A stretch of 63,944 nucleotides of DNA, counting the filler, from Hyphochytrium catenoides (Eukaryota > Protista > Hyphochytriomycota): NCBI GenBank assembly GCA_900088475.1. It is 12 parts of 12 records of this genome, joined end to end, with 100 filler letters (N's around TTAATTAATTAA, not from the genome) between each part and the next. Parts side by side here need not be neighbours in the genome. Positions count along the whole stretch, not along the records: positions 1 to 12,873 come from FLMG01003067.1; positions 12,974 to 15,279 come from FLMG01001122.1; positions 15,380 to 24,514 come from FLMG01004039.1; 9 more parts are not named here. One strand, given 5' to 3'. Positions 9,506 to 22,151 of the stretch are shown here, piece after piece (position 1 is the first letter of the stretch; each line of letters opens with the position of its first letter). The notes under the pieces are model-generated. The model did not search any database, was not told the origin of the DNA, and saw nothing but the letters and a program-made list of their open reading frames with translations. The translations under genes and the position numbers were made by a program.

Positions 9506-12477
9506 ATGGAGGGCAACATTTCCAAGCCCGCTATGGAGGGCTACCTCACCAAGCAGGGGCACAAGATCCCAAACATGTACATCCCTCTCTCTTTCACGCT
9601 GCTTTTTGTTATTCTTCTAGATGCACCGGCCTCCTGCTTGCCGGCCTTTGCTTTACATATCGTTAACGTCTCCGTCTGTGTGCTCTCGAATGAGTCCTTG
9701 TCAAACACTTCCGGTTGAGACCTGTCTTGTTCACTAACTTTCTGCCCTTGCCTTGCATAGGAAAAAGCGATACTTCGTACTGTCCGGCAAGACTTTGTCC
9801 TACTATAAAGAGAAACGGCACTACGACGACCATCAGCACCCCATCGACGCGGTAGAGGTGACAGAGGTGAAGGACTGGTCAGGAAGCAACGCAATGGGAA
9901 AGAGAATACCATTTGGCTTTACTATTGAGACGATGAAGTTGAAGACCTTTAACTGCGGCGCAGCTTCAGAGAAAGAGAAGAAAAAATGGATGATGGTCCT
10001 CCAAGACGCCCTAGATGCTCCTGTTCTCATAAAGGCAGAAGAAGAGGTCAGAGCAGGGGCTCGCAGATCTTTCCTTGTCCCTTACGACGTTGTGCCACTC
10101 TTGTCCACCTGTTCTTCACCGACTGCCCTTCACTTTCCACCTTTTTAACCTCGCTCTCTCTTCTTGCTCGTTCTTCTTCCGTCTTCATCTCTGAGGCGAC
10201 TATGTATATGTATCAATGTCACCTCTCTCCCTCCTATGTCCTTGCTTTTGGCTGTCTTCTCCGGCTGGTTCCTTTACTCTCACGTTCTCCTTCTGCTTAG
10301 CCTCTCTGTCCTCCTAACAGTCTGATGCTATGTGTACGTTATTGGTCAATTACCTGATAACTTGCAATAGGAAGAACGCATCAAGGAGGACAAGAAGCTT
10401 TCAGTGCGCAAGGAGTCCATAGAAGAGAACGTGATCAAGCTTAAGGAAGAAAGAGAAAAGACGGCTGAGATGCTTAAGCGGAAGGAGCAGGAGCTCGAAG
10501 AGGCCAGGCAGAGGGCACAGAAGGTCCATTATGCACATCCTTAAGTCACACCGTTCTCTTCTCACGTTATCTCTTCCATCCTTCTGGCTGGCAGATATTA
10601 GGCAACCTTTGCTTCTCGACCACTTTGCTGTCTGCTTTTGGCCTAATCAATCACACTACGGCTGCATGCTGTCTATGCCCACTTGTACCACGTTCCTGTT
10701 CTCCACTGCCTGTCATCCACCTTCAGTTTCCTCGTCCTTACTTGCGTCGACCATGATTCTTTCCCCTTATGTACTCGTACTCTCTTGCGCCAAATCCCAC
10801 TGCTTTCCTTGTAGACCGAGGAGGAAGCTAAAGTTTGGGAACGCCGCTACTCAGAAATTGCAGAAGAGGCTCAAAGAACCTCTGATCTTCTTGCAGAGGT
10901 TGCTGCAGCTGTTAGGGACAAGGAGACAGCAATAGAAGAGGAAAAAGAAAGAATAGAAGAACAAATGAGAAAGAGGGCATCGAGGAAGAGAGACGAAGAA
11001 GGCGGTGACGGGGAGGACGATTCAGAAGAGGAAGAGGCAGAAGTGACCGAGACAGAGTTCATGAGAAAGGAGCGAAAGAAGCTGAAAACGCTTCAGCAAG
11101 AGATGGAAGAGCTTGCCAGGAAGAACGAGGAAAAGCAGAAGGCTGCGAACGCCCTGCGAGAGGAGTGTGATGTAAGTCTACACTTCCTCTTTCTTTCTCA
11201 ACTCTATTTCAAAGCGTTTGCTGGCTTCTACGTCGTTTTTATCCGTCTACCATCTCACCCTGATCTCATCCGGGCCCTTTCTGGGGGCATTCTTCATCAT
11301 TCAGAGAGTCCGGTCATCTTATCAAGAGAGAGTCCGCAGTCTATCGGACGTGGAGATGGATTTGAAGAGAACCAGAGCCCGGTAATGCCTCTCTCGTGTT
11401 GTGCTATCTTACTCGGTTTCTTCTGCTTGGTTCTCCACTTATGAGCTTACCTCTTGTTTCTCTCACAATCTACTTCCGTCGTCTCAGCTTGGTTCTCATA
11501 GTTGAGCTCCTCAAAGACCTACTAACATTCCTTGTTCCGTCACCGTAGTTCCGAGTCGCTGGTCAAGGAAGTCGAGGACGCTAAGAAGCAAGCAGAATAC
11601 GTGAGCTGACACTTCTAATCATCCTTTCATCCTCCTCTTGTCTACGCTTTGGCGATAATACTTCCTCTTCATTCTTACGGTTCTGCTCATCTTCCGCACG
11701 CTGCATAGAATAGTCAGAGAGCTCTAAACGCTGAGTCTTCGTGTCTGCATCGAAACGTTTACCGCTCGCGCTTTGTACTCGTCCTCCGGCCTTATCAATT
11801 TAGTGCCTTAGGGTCTAATCCTCTGCCTGCACTGTGCAAAATGGTTGTCCTTCCTTGTTCTTCACTCTTGGTCTGGCCTTTTCGCACGCTGGGGTTATTG
11901 CAGATGATGCAGGAACTCATTGACGCAGAGACCCGCCGCCTCACGGCAAAGTCAGCAGTGGAGCCTTCCTGCATGGGTTACCTTCTCTTGAAGGAGTCAG
12001 GGGAAGGACCTGCAGCAGGGGTTCTTACTTCGCTAGAGAGAGTTTTTTGCGTGCTTCAACACCGCGTCTTCTCATACTATAAGACTAAGGAGGAGTATGA
12101 GCTGGGTCAACCTCCCGTGGACGTAGTGCATATCACTGGAGGTAAAAGAACTCTGGACACTAGAGGACAAAACATGAGGGAGATAGGCAAAGGGTTTAGA
12201 ATAGTGAGGCTGACAAAGTGAATCTGGATTAAGGGAAAGAGAGAGCGTGTAGACTGGCCAGCACTTACTAGCTCCGATCTGCAGTCCCATACCAAGAATC
12301 TATGGCAAGCTTCTTTTCTTTCTCACCCTCGACCTTCCCTCTCTTTTCATCCGCACAGTGGAGGACTGGAGTGGAAAGAGTCAGATGCAAATCCTGCCCA
12401 ACGCATTCAAGTTCGCGACCATGCAGAGGCGTGTCTTCCGATGTAGTGCCACCTTGGAGGAAGAAAAGACGGAATGG
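9506..12477 (+). CDS. Protein with at least two PH domains separated by a long coiled coil; 3' end truncated by the scaffold end
   Basis: PH1 is MEGYLTKQGHKIPNMKKRYFVLSGKTLSYYK...AASEKEKKKW. PH2 is MGYLLLKE...ERVFCVLQHRVFSYYK...SATLEEEKTEW. Intervening E/K-rich exons have GT-AG boundaries. Confidence 0.88.
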
Positions 12478-12561
12478 GTAGGAACTCTCTGTGGTACTAT
12501 TGTCTTAAATGGTATTTTCTCGTGTTCCGAGGTCGCCCTCGCTTTCTCATTTTCTCTCTTT

Positions 12562-12607
<46 letters not shown>

Positions 12608-12649
12608 TTTTCTCTCTCTCTCTCTCTCTCTTGCTCTCTTCCTCTCGTG

Positions 12650-12684
<35 letters not shown>

Positions 12685-12873
12685 CTTCCTTTCTTCCTCC
12701 TTTCTCGGCGAGCCATTGTCTCCTCAGTCTCTTCTCGTTACTGTGGGGCTTTCTCACTGAGTTTTTGCTGAAAGTTTAAGTGCTTCTGCTCTCTATGTGA
12801 CCTTTTTGGTTTACCACCTTGCAATCCGAAGATGAGTGCAATGGCCAAGGCAACTACCACGGCTCCCTCTTCT

Positions 12874-12973
12874 NNNNNNNNNNNNNNNNNNNNNNNNNNN
12901 NNNNNNNNNNNNNNNNNTTAATTAATTAANNNNNNNNNNNNNNNNNNNNNNNNNNNNNNNNNNNNNNNNNNNN
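12874..12973. other. Artificial scaffold-joining linker (44N-TTAATTAATTAA-44N); identical linkers at 15280, 24515, 32613, 39466, 42990, 45399, 54850, 57396, 60535, 62509
   Basis: Eleven identical 100-nt blocks whose core gives stop codons in all six frames. Genes are cut off at them. Confidence 0.98.
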
Positions 12974-13027
12974 GAGAGAGAGAGAGAGAGAGGGAGAGGA
13001 CAGGAAGATTGGGCCTTTCTCTCGCAC

Positions 13028-13453
13028 CTTGAAGCAAAGCTCATGTGCTAACTCGTCAATAAGACAGTCCAGGACTTGACTTAATTCTGTCTCGATCTTC
13101 GGTGCCTCTCTTCTCTTGCTTTCGCCCTTTTCTATCCCTAGACTGACTTTATCTCTATTCCTATCTTCTGGTGAAGCCACATTCTTGTCGCTTCGTGAGT
13201 CCTCCTCTTCTTTCGCCTGTCCATTGCTATTATCCCCTCTATCGTTTAGCTCTACTCTCTGTCCTAGATGCTCCTTCTCTCTCGTGTCTCTCTCTTCCTC
13301 AGAGCCATCTTGTCTTCCTCCGTTCTCTTCTTTCCTCAGCGTCTCAAGTTGGTTGCTGGTCTCCATCCTCCGTCTTCCTCCCTCTGATTCGTCCTTCTTC
13401 CCCTGGGCCTTCTCTTCCGTTGCAGGAGAGGAAGACGCGCCCTCTGAGGCCAT
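13028..13453 (-). CDS. First exon of a possible SAGA deubiquitylation-module subunit Sgf11/ATXN7L3-like protein
   Basis: A low-complexity acidic N-terminus is followed by LSQVLDCLIDELAHELCFK and a GT donor, resembling the Sgf11 N-terminal helix. The zinc finger is not in view. Confidence 0.5.
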
Positions 13454-13874
13454 GGCAGGAGATGGGCGACTCCTCTTGCCTCTCTTCTCGAAAGGGTTTC
13501 CCTATCTCTCTTCTTCGTCTCTGCCCCTCCCCTTCTCTTTTTGACCTCCTCCTCCCCCGGAGTCTCCTCCCGCAGCTAGCTTCCGGCCATGACGTAGTTT
13601 GGCTTTCGTGGATCGGTGTCACTCCTCTTATGGCTCTAGGCGGCGCTCTGAGCTGCTTTCTCTTAAAGCCTGGTGCCGGTTTCACGTGTCCCACACAAGC
13701 CAGTTCGAGCGGGGAGAGCGCTATAGCAGCGGCATCAAGGCAAGGGGATCATAGATTGGGGAGACACAAGGACAGAAAGAGAGCAAAAGATAGCGAAGAG
13801 GCCATCTTGAGAACGGAGAACCAAGAGGAGACGAAGAGAGAGAGCGAGAGAGAGCGAGAGCGAGCGAGCGAGAG

Positions 13875-13937
<63 letters not shown>

Positions 13938-14325
13938 AAGACAAGGGATGATGGCTGTTGTGATGGTTTGATGGACTGAAAGCATCACTGATCGATAACT
14001 GATATTTCCGGTTACTAATCTTTTTCCTTTGTTGGTTATTGAGACAGAATTTGAGATCTAATGCCGGGCTGCGGGCTGCTGACGTATAGAGCATAACCTT
14101 CAGTATTATACGGAATATCGTATCACGCCACTGTATGGCCGATATCGGAGGTTTTTCCGTTTTTCTTAGAGAGAACGGCCCATAAAGTCCGCTCTGGATC
14201 CTACGGTGGCGGCAGATCCGACTTCTCAAAGTCAAACCTGGCATTTCCCTCCATTTGTCCTCATCTCTCTCTCTCTTTCCCTCTCTTCTCTCTCTCTCTC
14301 TCTCCTCTCTCTCTCCCATTCTCCA

Positions 14326-14358
<33 letters not shown>

Positions 14359-14401
14359 TTCTCTTTCTCTCTCTCTTTTCTCTCTCTTTTCTCTCTCCTT
14401 G

Positions 14402-14432
<31 letters not shown>

Positions 14433-14800
14433 GTCTCCCTGCTCGCTCTCTCTGTCTCTCTCTCTCTCTCTCCCTGGCCTCTGTCTATCTCCTCACCCCA
14501 GATCGATCTTCCCTTTTTTGACATTTCTTTCTCCACCTCTATTGGCATCTTGAACTCTGTTCCCAGCAGACATCAGCAGCCGCAAAAGGAGATCACTCTT
14601 TAAAACCAACTGTCAGCGGCAAGAGCAGCAAACCATCACAGCAGCAGCTCTCCCGCACTGAAGAGAGGATTTGCAAGGTTCTAATCGTTTGAAGCTCTGA
14701 GACGAGTAGAAGACCAAGAGAGAAAAGAGACGAAGAGAGCTCAAGCGAGAGAGAGAGAGAGAGGAAGGGAGGGAGAGACGAGTCCTTCCCGTTTGACATC

Positions 14801-14872
14801 ATGGCACGCGTGTACGTCGGTAACCTACCTTTGGACATCCGCAAAAGGGATGTAGAGGATATCTTCTACAAG
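14801..14872 (+). CDS. SRSF1: First exon of an SF2/ASF-type SR splicing factor (RRM1); remainder truncated
   Basis: MARVYVGNLPLDIRKRDVEDIFYK followed by gtgagc. This matches the RNP2 region of SRSF1/SR30/SR34. Confidence 0.85.
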
Positions 14873-15434
14873 GTGAGCCTCGCGCATGAGAGCACAAAGG
14901 AGATGGATGAGAGAGAGAGAGCCAGAAAGAGAGACGTTTTGAAAAGAAAGCAAAAGACTTGAGTCATTCAATGCGTGGAGGTGTCGGCGTTTCTCTGTTT
15001 TTACTGACCTTCTGTTGCACATTAAGCACTTCTTTCGTTCCTCTCAGCTCCTCGTCTCTTTCTACGGCTTTCATAGGGCCCTCACTTACTTGAAGGATCG
15101 CTCGATTTCCATCCTCCCCCTCATTCTTTCTCTGTCCTTGTTCCTGACCATCTGCCGCTTGCACTCTGTGACTCTTCGCACGTCTCTGACTCTCTCACTT
15201 CCCTTATTGCCTTTCTTCCGGTCATACTTTTGCTTCCCTCTCTCTCTCTCTCTCTCGCTTTCTCCCCTTCGCCCCAACCNNNNNNNNNNNNNNNNNNNNN
15301 NNNNNNNNNNNNNNNNNNNNNNNTTAATTAATTAANNNNNNNNNNNNNNNNNNNNNNNNNNNNNNNNNNNNNNNNNNNNGAGAGAGAGAGAGAGAGAGAG
15401 AGAGGGAGTGCCAAATTGCTTGTTATCTTCTCAC

Positions 15435-16683
15435 CCTTCTCCCATTATCTGAATACATTTTGCCAGCCCCTCGTCAGGACCAACAGACTGGAACTTCTTT
15501 AGCATGACCTGAAGAGAAGAGAGAGTAAGTTAAGAAAGAGAGAAGAGACAAGGTTGAGAAGAGAGAGAGAGACACAAAGAATGCCAGGTGCTATAAAGAG
15601 AGGGAAACAGACACAAAGTGCGACGAGACCCATCGTAGAGGCACACACACACACAGATAGGGAGAAAAAAAGACAAGGATTGGGACAGAAAGGCAGATTT
15701 ATATATATATATAGAAAGAGAGAGCTAGAGAGAGCGAGAGATAGAGAGAGCGAGAGAGAGAGAGCTAGAGAGAGAGAGAGAACACCGCGAGACAATTGAG
15801 AATCACCTTTTCTACGGGCGTCTCTCTTGGGTCAAGCTTAGGGTGGAGCACTTTGGTAAGATAGGCCCTGAGACGGCGAAGTCCAGACAGCCCGGCAAGC
15901 GTGAAAGAGAGAGAAGAGGTGGTAGAGGCGCCCACACGAGCAAAGAGAGAGAGTTAAACAGCATACCAAAAAGGAGTAGAGAAGACAGAAGGAAGAGAGA
16001 GCGATATACATATATAGAGAGATAGAGAGAGAAGGAAGAGGAAAAAGAGAGAACGACCGCGAGAGAGACGGAACAAGGGGGAAAGAGGGAGAAAGAGAAA
16101 GAGGGAGCGAGGGAAGAGAGAAAAAAGCTAGCAAAGCCCCTGTTAGGACAGCACTAGCCCCTTAGATCAGCAAGGCCAACCACTTCAAGCCACAACTCCT
16201 CTTTATGCTCTCTCTCTCTCTCTCTCTGTGGGTAGCTCTCTCTGTCTCTCCCTCTCTCTCTTCCTCCGTTCTCCTTGTCTCTCCCTTACTGTCTCTCTCT
16301 CATTTCTACATCCTCTCGAACCCGTTTTTGCTCCGTCTCCTCCTCACCTCTCAGTAAACAGTCCCTTCAGCAGCGAGCCATGCTTGTCTAACACGACAAC
16401 AGAGCCGAAGCCACGCTTTTGCTATAAGAGAGAAAAATAACAGTCATTGTCAGCAATGAAAGAGAGGAGAGACAGATGTGAAGACGACAGCGGCGCCGTC
16501 TGCAAGGAGAGAGAGAGAGAGAGCCAGAAGGAGAGAAGGAGACAATAAAGAAGTAAAAGGTGTAAGAAGAGAGATGGAGCCAACACAGGGAAGAGAGAGA
16601 AGGACCGGGAACAGGCAGATAATACACGGAAGGAAGTCAAATCATCCAGGGAGGGAGACGCAGCGAGCGCGAGAGACAGAGAG

Positions 16684-16718
<35 letters not shown>

Positions 16719-16946
16719 CAACAGAGCCAGGTCTACCATTTCCTGCACTGCAAGAGAGACAGAGACGTTGTCTCCCTCTCTAGTGTTGAGAATGATCTTA
16801 ATCGCCTTGTGCTTGGAGACCAACATCTTCATCGCGGTCAGCTCCTCGGGAGAGGGAGGCGAAGAACCTGGAAATACAAAGACGAGAGCGAAGAAACAGG
16901 ATAAGAAATAAGATGCAAACCGACAGCGACAAAGAGAGAGAAATGA

Positions 16947-16979
<33 letters not shown>

Positions 16980-17401
16980 TAGGGAGAGAAGAGGGCAGAA
17001 AGGCACCTTTCTCTGCTGGGGGTTTCTCGGTGGCCGTTGCTTCCTCCGCGTCCTTCTTTCCGCTGCCTTGCTCGCTGCTAGGAGAAGATGCCTCCGGACC
17101 CTCAACAGATTCCGAAGGGGATGTCCTTCTCTCTCCCTCGTCTCTCTTCTCTCTCTCTCCAGAGACAGGAGGAGCAGAAGATGAGGCAGTGCCTCCTTCC
17201 TCTGTCTTCTCTCCTGTCTCTTCCGGTCCCTGTGTCTTCCTCTCACTCTCCGTGTGTGCCTTGACTAACTCTTTCATAGAGAGAACACAGCGCATCGCGC
17301 TGACCGGGACACCTTTTCTCTCTTCCTCCTTCCCGCTCGCCTCCTGCACCACAGCTACGTGTCTAACATTCCTCTTAATCATGCTTGCCATAGTGCTGGG
17401 C

Positions 17402-17435
<34 letters not shown>

Positions 17436-17990
17436 GTCAAGAGGAGGGACGGGGGAGAGAAGTGTTTGGTATAAACGAACGAGTGAGTGTCCTCTTCGGG
17501 AAGAATTGAGAAGACAAAACGAGAGAGAGAGAGAGGAAAAGATGGCCACTGTTATTTGAGAAAAAGAGAGAAGAGGTCAGATAGGCGAAAAGCAAATCGA
17601 AAGAAACGTACGAAAAGGACAGATGTAAAAATTCCTTTCGCTCTCTGTCCTCTATTTTGTTCCAGCCTCCGTAACTTCATCCTCCGGCCTCTCTCTCTCT
17701 CTCTCCATCTCTCTCTCTCTCTCCATCTCTCTCTCACTCTATCTTTTGTAATGCCTTACCCCATAACCGTATTAGAAGGCTCTACGCAGAGGATCTCTGA
17801 AGACATGATATTCTTCACTTTCTCTTCTCCCTCCAGCGGCTTCTCCTTCTCTGCGGGGACTTTGGAAACAAAGTCTTTCTCTGTCACGATGCCGATCACG
17901 TTGTCCGCTGCACATCGGACGCACCAGAGGAAAATATATGGAAAGGAATGGGAGCAAAGAAAAAGAGACACCGCGGAGGAGAGAGAGAGT

Positions 17991-18054
<64 letters not shown>

Positions 18055-19000
18055 ATAAGGTGGAAAGAGGGAGAGAGCGAGGAGAACGAGGAACAAGAAC
18101 CGACACAGACGAAGAGAGAAAGAGAGAGAGAGAGAGAGATGGTTAGAGAGAGATGGTTTGGAGTTGAAAGAGAATAAGGGAGAGGGTCAAAAAAAGGTGG
18201 GAAGTGAAGGGGGGAAGAGAGAGAAAGAAAAGAGGGAATGGCGCTAATCGCAGGCCCATCGCTCGATACAATACAAGAGGATAAATCTAGCAACTTAACT
18301 TTGCCCTTTGCCTTCTCTGTTTCTCTCTGTTTCTCTCTCTCTCTCTCTGTCNNNNNNNNNNNNNNNNNNNNNNNNNNNNNNNNNNNNNNNNNNNNNNNNN
18401 NNNNNNNNNNNNNNNNNNNNNNNNNNNNNNNNNNNNNNNNNNNNNNNNNNNNNNNNNNNNNNNNNNNNNNNNNNNNNNNNNNNNNNNNNNNNNNNNNNNN
18501 NNNNNNNNNNNNNNNNNNNNNNNNNNNNNNNNNNNNNNNNNNNNNNNNNNNNNNNNNNNNNNNNNNNNNNNNNNNNNNNNNNNNNNGGGAAGAGAGAGAA
18601 AGAAAAGAGGGAATGGCGTTAATCGCAGGCTCATCGCTCGATACAAGAGGACAAATCTAGCAACTTAACTTTGCCCTTTGCTTTCTCTGTTTCTCTCTGT
18701 TTCTCTCTCTCTCTCTCTGTCCTTTGTCCCGGCACTCCATGGTCTCAATTGCTTGATTTAAATTCTCTGGGCTTTACATCTCCCTCTCTTTCTCTCTCTC
18801 ACGCGCCCTGCCTCTCTCTCTCTCTCTCTCTCTCTCTTCCTTCGCGCTCTACGCTCGTCGCATTAGTTGTGACTCACCATCCACGACTATCACGGCGGTT
18901 TGTCCCTTCTCCACCATAAGGTCCACCACTGACTCCAATGTCTCCTAAAGGAAAGAGAAAGAAGGAAAGGGCAGAATTCGAGAGAAAAGAGAGGGAGAGG

Positions 19001-19032
<32 letters not shown>

Positions 19033-19034
19033 AC

Positions 19035-19077
<43 letters not shown>

Positions 19078-19753
19078 AAAAGGAGAGAGATGGATGAGTA
19101 TACATGAGAGGTAGAAGAGGTAGCGAAAGGATGAGAGAGGAAGCAAAAGAGAGCGAGAGACAGGAAGGGAGAACGGATAGGAGAGAAAGAGAGTCACCAG
19201 AAGCCTGAGAGAGAGACAGGAGAAGAGAAGAGGCAAGAGAGCGAAAAAGAAAAGAGAGAGGAAGAGAAAGACGCAACGATGAGGTCACCTCAGGAGAGAC
19301 TCTGTGCCACTCTGTCGTCCATTCAGCGTTCAGAACATCTCCAATCGTAAGGAGCTTCTTCTCTCCTTTCTGCCCTCCTCCCACGCCCTCTAAAGGAGGA
19401 GAAGAGGCTGAGGGGAGAGACGCAGAAGGCGAGGAAGTTTCTTTCTTCGCCTCTTTCTCCTGCGAGAGAGAAGGAGATTCCTTCTGAGATGCCTCTTTCT
19501 CTTTCTCTTCCTCTCTCTCCTTTTCTGCTACTGCGCTGGACTTCTCTTCTCCCTTGTCAGTGGCTCGAACTGTGCAATGGAAGAGACGGAGAGACGAGGC
19601 CGGGGCTCCTCCGTGCGAGAGAGAGAGCGAGCGTGGGAGAGAGAGAAGGCTTCTCTCTTTCTGGATTCTTAAGGATCGAGGAGGAACTCTTCTTGGCCTC
19701 AGAAGACTAGGAGCCGCTGTACAGGGAAGCAGTCTCAGTCGGGCGAGCTTCAT
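15435..19753 (-). CDS. CBS-domain protein (two CBS pairs, CBSX-like) with a probable mitochondrial transit peptide; 3' end truncated
   Basis: Arg/Leu/Ser-rich N-terminus MKLARLRLL...RLFHCT. Spliced CBS motifs include VSPE|ETLESVVDLMVEKGQTAVIVVD|ADNVIGIVTEKDFV, KVKNIMSSEILCVEPSNTV, NVRHVAVV, GFGSVVVLD..LKGLFTER|AYLTKV and TPVEK|VML. Confidence 0.88.
18212..18721. repeat. ~140-nt near-identical duplication on either side of the N gap 18352-18586 (intronic)
   Basis: 18212-18351 and 18587-18721 differ by 4 substitutions and a 5-nt indel. Confidence 0.85.
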
Positions 19754-20279
19754 GTTTCCTCTCTCCCCCTACAGAGAAAGCGCTCTCTCTCTCTGTCTCT
19801 TTTCTTTCCTCTCTCTGTCTGTCTCTCTCTGTCCCCCCACCAAAGATGTATCTTCCGTGCCGTCTTGCTTTTCTCGCTTCTCTCTCTCTCTCTCTCTGTT
19901 ACCGTCGCCCTGCACTCTACTCAGTGGCAAGTTCTCCTGGTCTCAATAACTTCTGAGTCTTTCTTTGACCAGTTGGTGCTCTCTCTCCTATCTTTTCTTT
20001 CTCTCTCGTTTCCTTTATGCGTGTTCTGATCTGGGGGTGGTCTCACTGTTCAATCTCTCTCTCTCTTTCTCTCTCTCTTTCCTCTATGTTGCTTGAGGAA
20101 TCTACGTTTGGGCTCCCTATTTTCCATTGTCTGTCTGTCTGTCTCTCTCTCTCCTCTCTCTTTCTCTCTCTCTCTCTAATTTCCTCCCAAAGTCTATCAT
20201 TGGGGAACTATCTAATGATGCGAATCCTATCCTTTGGTCAAGTTCTGAAGGCACCTGCGAAATCCCTTTTTCCTTTCTG

Positions 20280-20335
<56 letters not shown>

Positions 20336-20673
20336 CCTTTCTCTCTGATCGTCTCTCTCTTTTCCTCCCTCTGTCTCTCTCTCTGCGCTTTCTTACTCGC
20401 TGTCTCTCTCTCTCTCTCTCTTCCTCTCCTCTCTCCCTTCCTCTGTCTCCTCCTCTGATACAGCGAAGGAGGAGCAGCACAAGCCCCTGTGGCCTCCCCC
20501 AGGACCTATTCACTCCTCCCCCGGGATCGAGAGCTCTTCTTCTTGGTTTTGTTGATGATTTTTTTTGACTTTCCGTCTTCTCTCTATCTGTTCCTTCCTC
20601 CTCTTGTCTCTCCCTTTCTCTCCTCTCCTCCATACCTTTCCCTTAGGCGACCCGCTTCATTTGATGACAGAAG

Positions 20674-20723
<50 letters not shown>

Positions 20724-21149
20724 ACTCTCTCTCCCTCTCTCTCCCGTTTCTCCAAGCGCATGATATGTGGCTATGTCTGGCTACGTTTAGAAAAAAAAGT
20801 TATTCTCTCCTATCATTCTTCTCTCTTTCATTTCTCCTCTTTCTTGGTCCAGAATCTCAGTTCCTTCCTCTGTCTCGTGGACTCTTACCTCTCTTCAACT
20901 ATGTTACCCTCTGCTATATATTCTCTCTCTCTCTCTCTCTCTCTCCCTTCTCTCTCTCTCTTCTCTCCCTTCTCTTCTAGCTGACTACAGAGGAAAAATA
21001 AGAAGAAAAGCCTCAGAGAGATCAAAGGAAGAAAAGGGTTAGGTCATAGAGCACAAGAAGGAAGTGAAGGAGAACAAAGGCAGCACAGGAGCGAGAGAGA
21101 GAGAGAGAAAGAGAGGGAGGAGAGAGAGGGAGCGAGAAAGAAAAAGAGA

Positions 21150-21192
<43 letters not shown>

Positions 21193-21603
21193 TCATCTTC
21201 TGCTCTGTCTGATAGGCACATATGCAACTCTATTCATGTTCTCCTTTTAGTGAGAGAAGAGAGACTCGTTCTATGTCTATCCTAACCTACTTTCTCCTCT
21301 CTTTTCTATATTTTTCTTTGACTTTGTCTGATCTGGGGACTGGACTGGGGACCCTGAAAGTGCTGCCAGGGATGGAGAGAGGGCGAGAGAGACACGGGAA
21401 GTTTTCTCTCTCTTCCTTCTGCATCCTCTTCTCCCTTCTCTTTACTCTCTCTCGCCCCCATTCATCTCTTCTCTCTGGATGATACATTCTCTGTTTCTCC
21501 TCCTTTTCTCTCCTGGTCATCCTCTTCTGCCCTTCACTCTCTCGGTCTTCTATATCTTGCTCTCTCTCTCTGTTTGTGTGTCATTTGCCTCCTCTCTCTC
21601 TTG

Positions 21604-21748
21604 GCTTTCTCTCTTCTTCTGCAGGGATTTGTGGGGAGGACCCAGGCAAGACCAGAAAATTCTGAAAGATGCTCTTCCACAGATTGTGGCTGGGTCTTCC
21701 TCCCACAGCTGTAAGGACTGTCTGCAGAACTAAAGGAAGAGAGAAAGC
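21604..21748 (+). ncRNA. Candidate structured RNA: pre-miRNA-like imperfect foldback
   Basis: TGTGGGGGAGGACCCAGGCA (from 21630) pairs with TGGCTGGGTCTTCCTCCCACA (to 21707). Outer pairings are TTCTGCAG/CTGCAGAA and GCTTTCTCTCTTC/GAAGAGAGAAAGC. Confidence 0.35.
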
Positions 21749-21911
21749 GAGAGAGAGAGAGAGAAAGAGAGAGAGAGGAAAGAGGGCAAAGTGGCGTCCC
21801 AAAGGAAAAGATAATTGACAAGCAAAGATGAAAAAGACAGAATGAGAGAGCGAAGATAGAGATAGAAGAGGAGACGAAGGGAAGAGAAGTACGTGGCGAG
21901 AAGGAGAGAAG

Positions 21912-21945
<34 letters not shown>

Positions 21946-21998
21946 CTGGCAGTGGTCCAGCCAGGCCTGGGTCCCTGTGTGGCCTGGAGGTGGGTGCG

Positions 21999-22118
21999 TC
22001 ACACTGGTGACTTGAGAAGCACTTGATTGCCGCGGAGAGAGAATTTCTCTCCGTACCCTAGCAGCAGTGCTTTGAGAGGCACGCTCTTGATTGTCTTGGG
22101 AGAATTTAGCCTAAGAGA

Positions 22119-22151
<33 letters not shown>

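Noticed and set aside
12918-12929. TTAATTAATTAA recurring 11 times as a biological repeat
   Set aside because: It is always centred in exactly 44+44 Ns, so it is an artificial six-frame-stop linker. Gene clustering across linkers is also disregarded.
20214-20250. C/D-box snoRNA (ATGATG...CTGA)
   Set aside because: The C box is imperfect, the boxes are only ~25 nt apart and there is no terminal stem.
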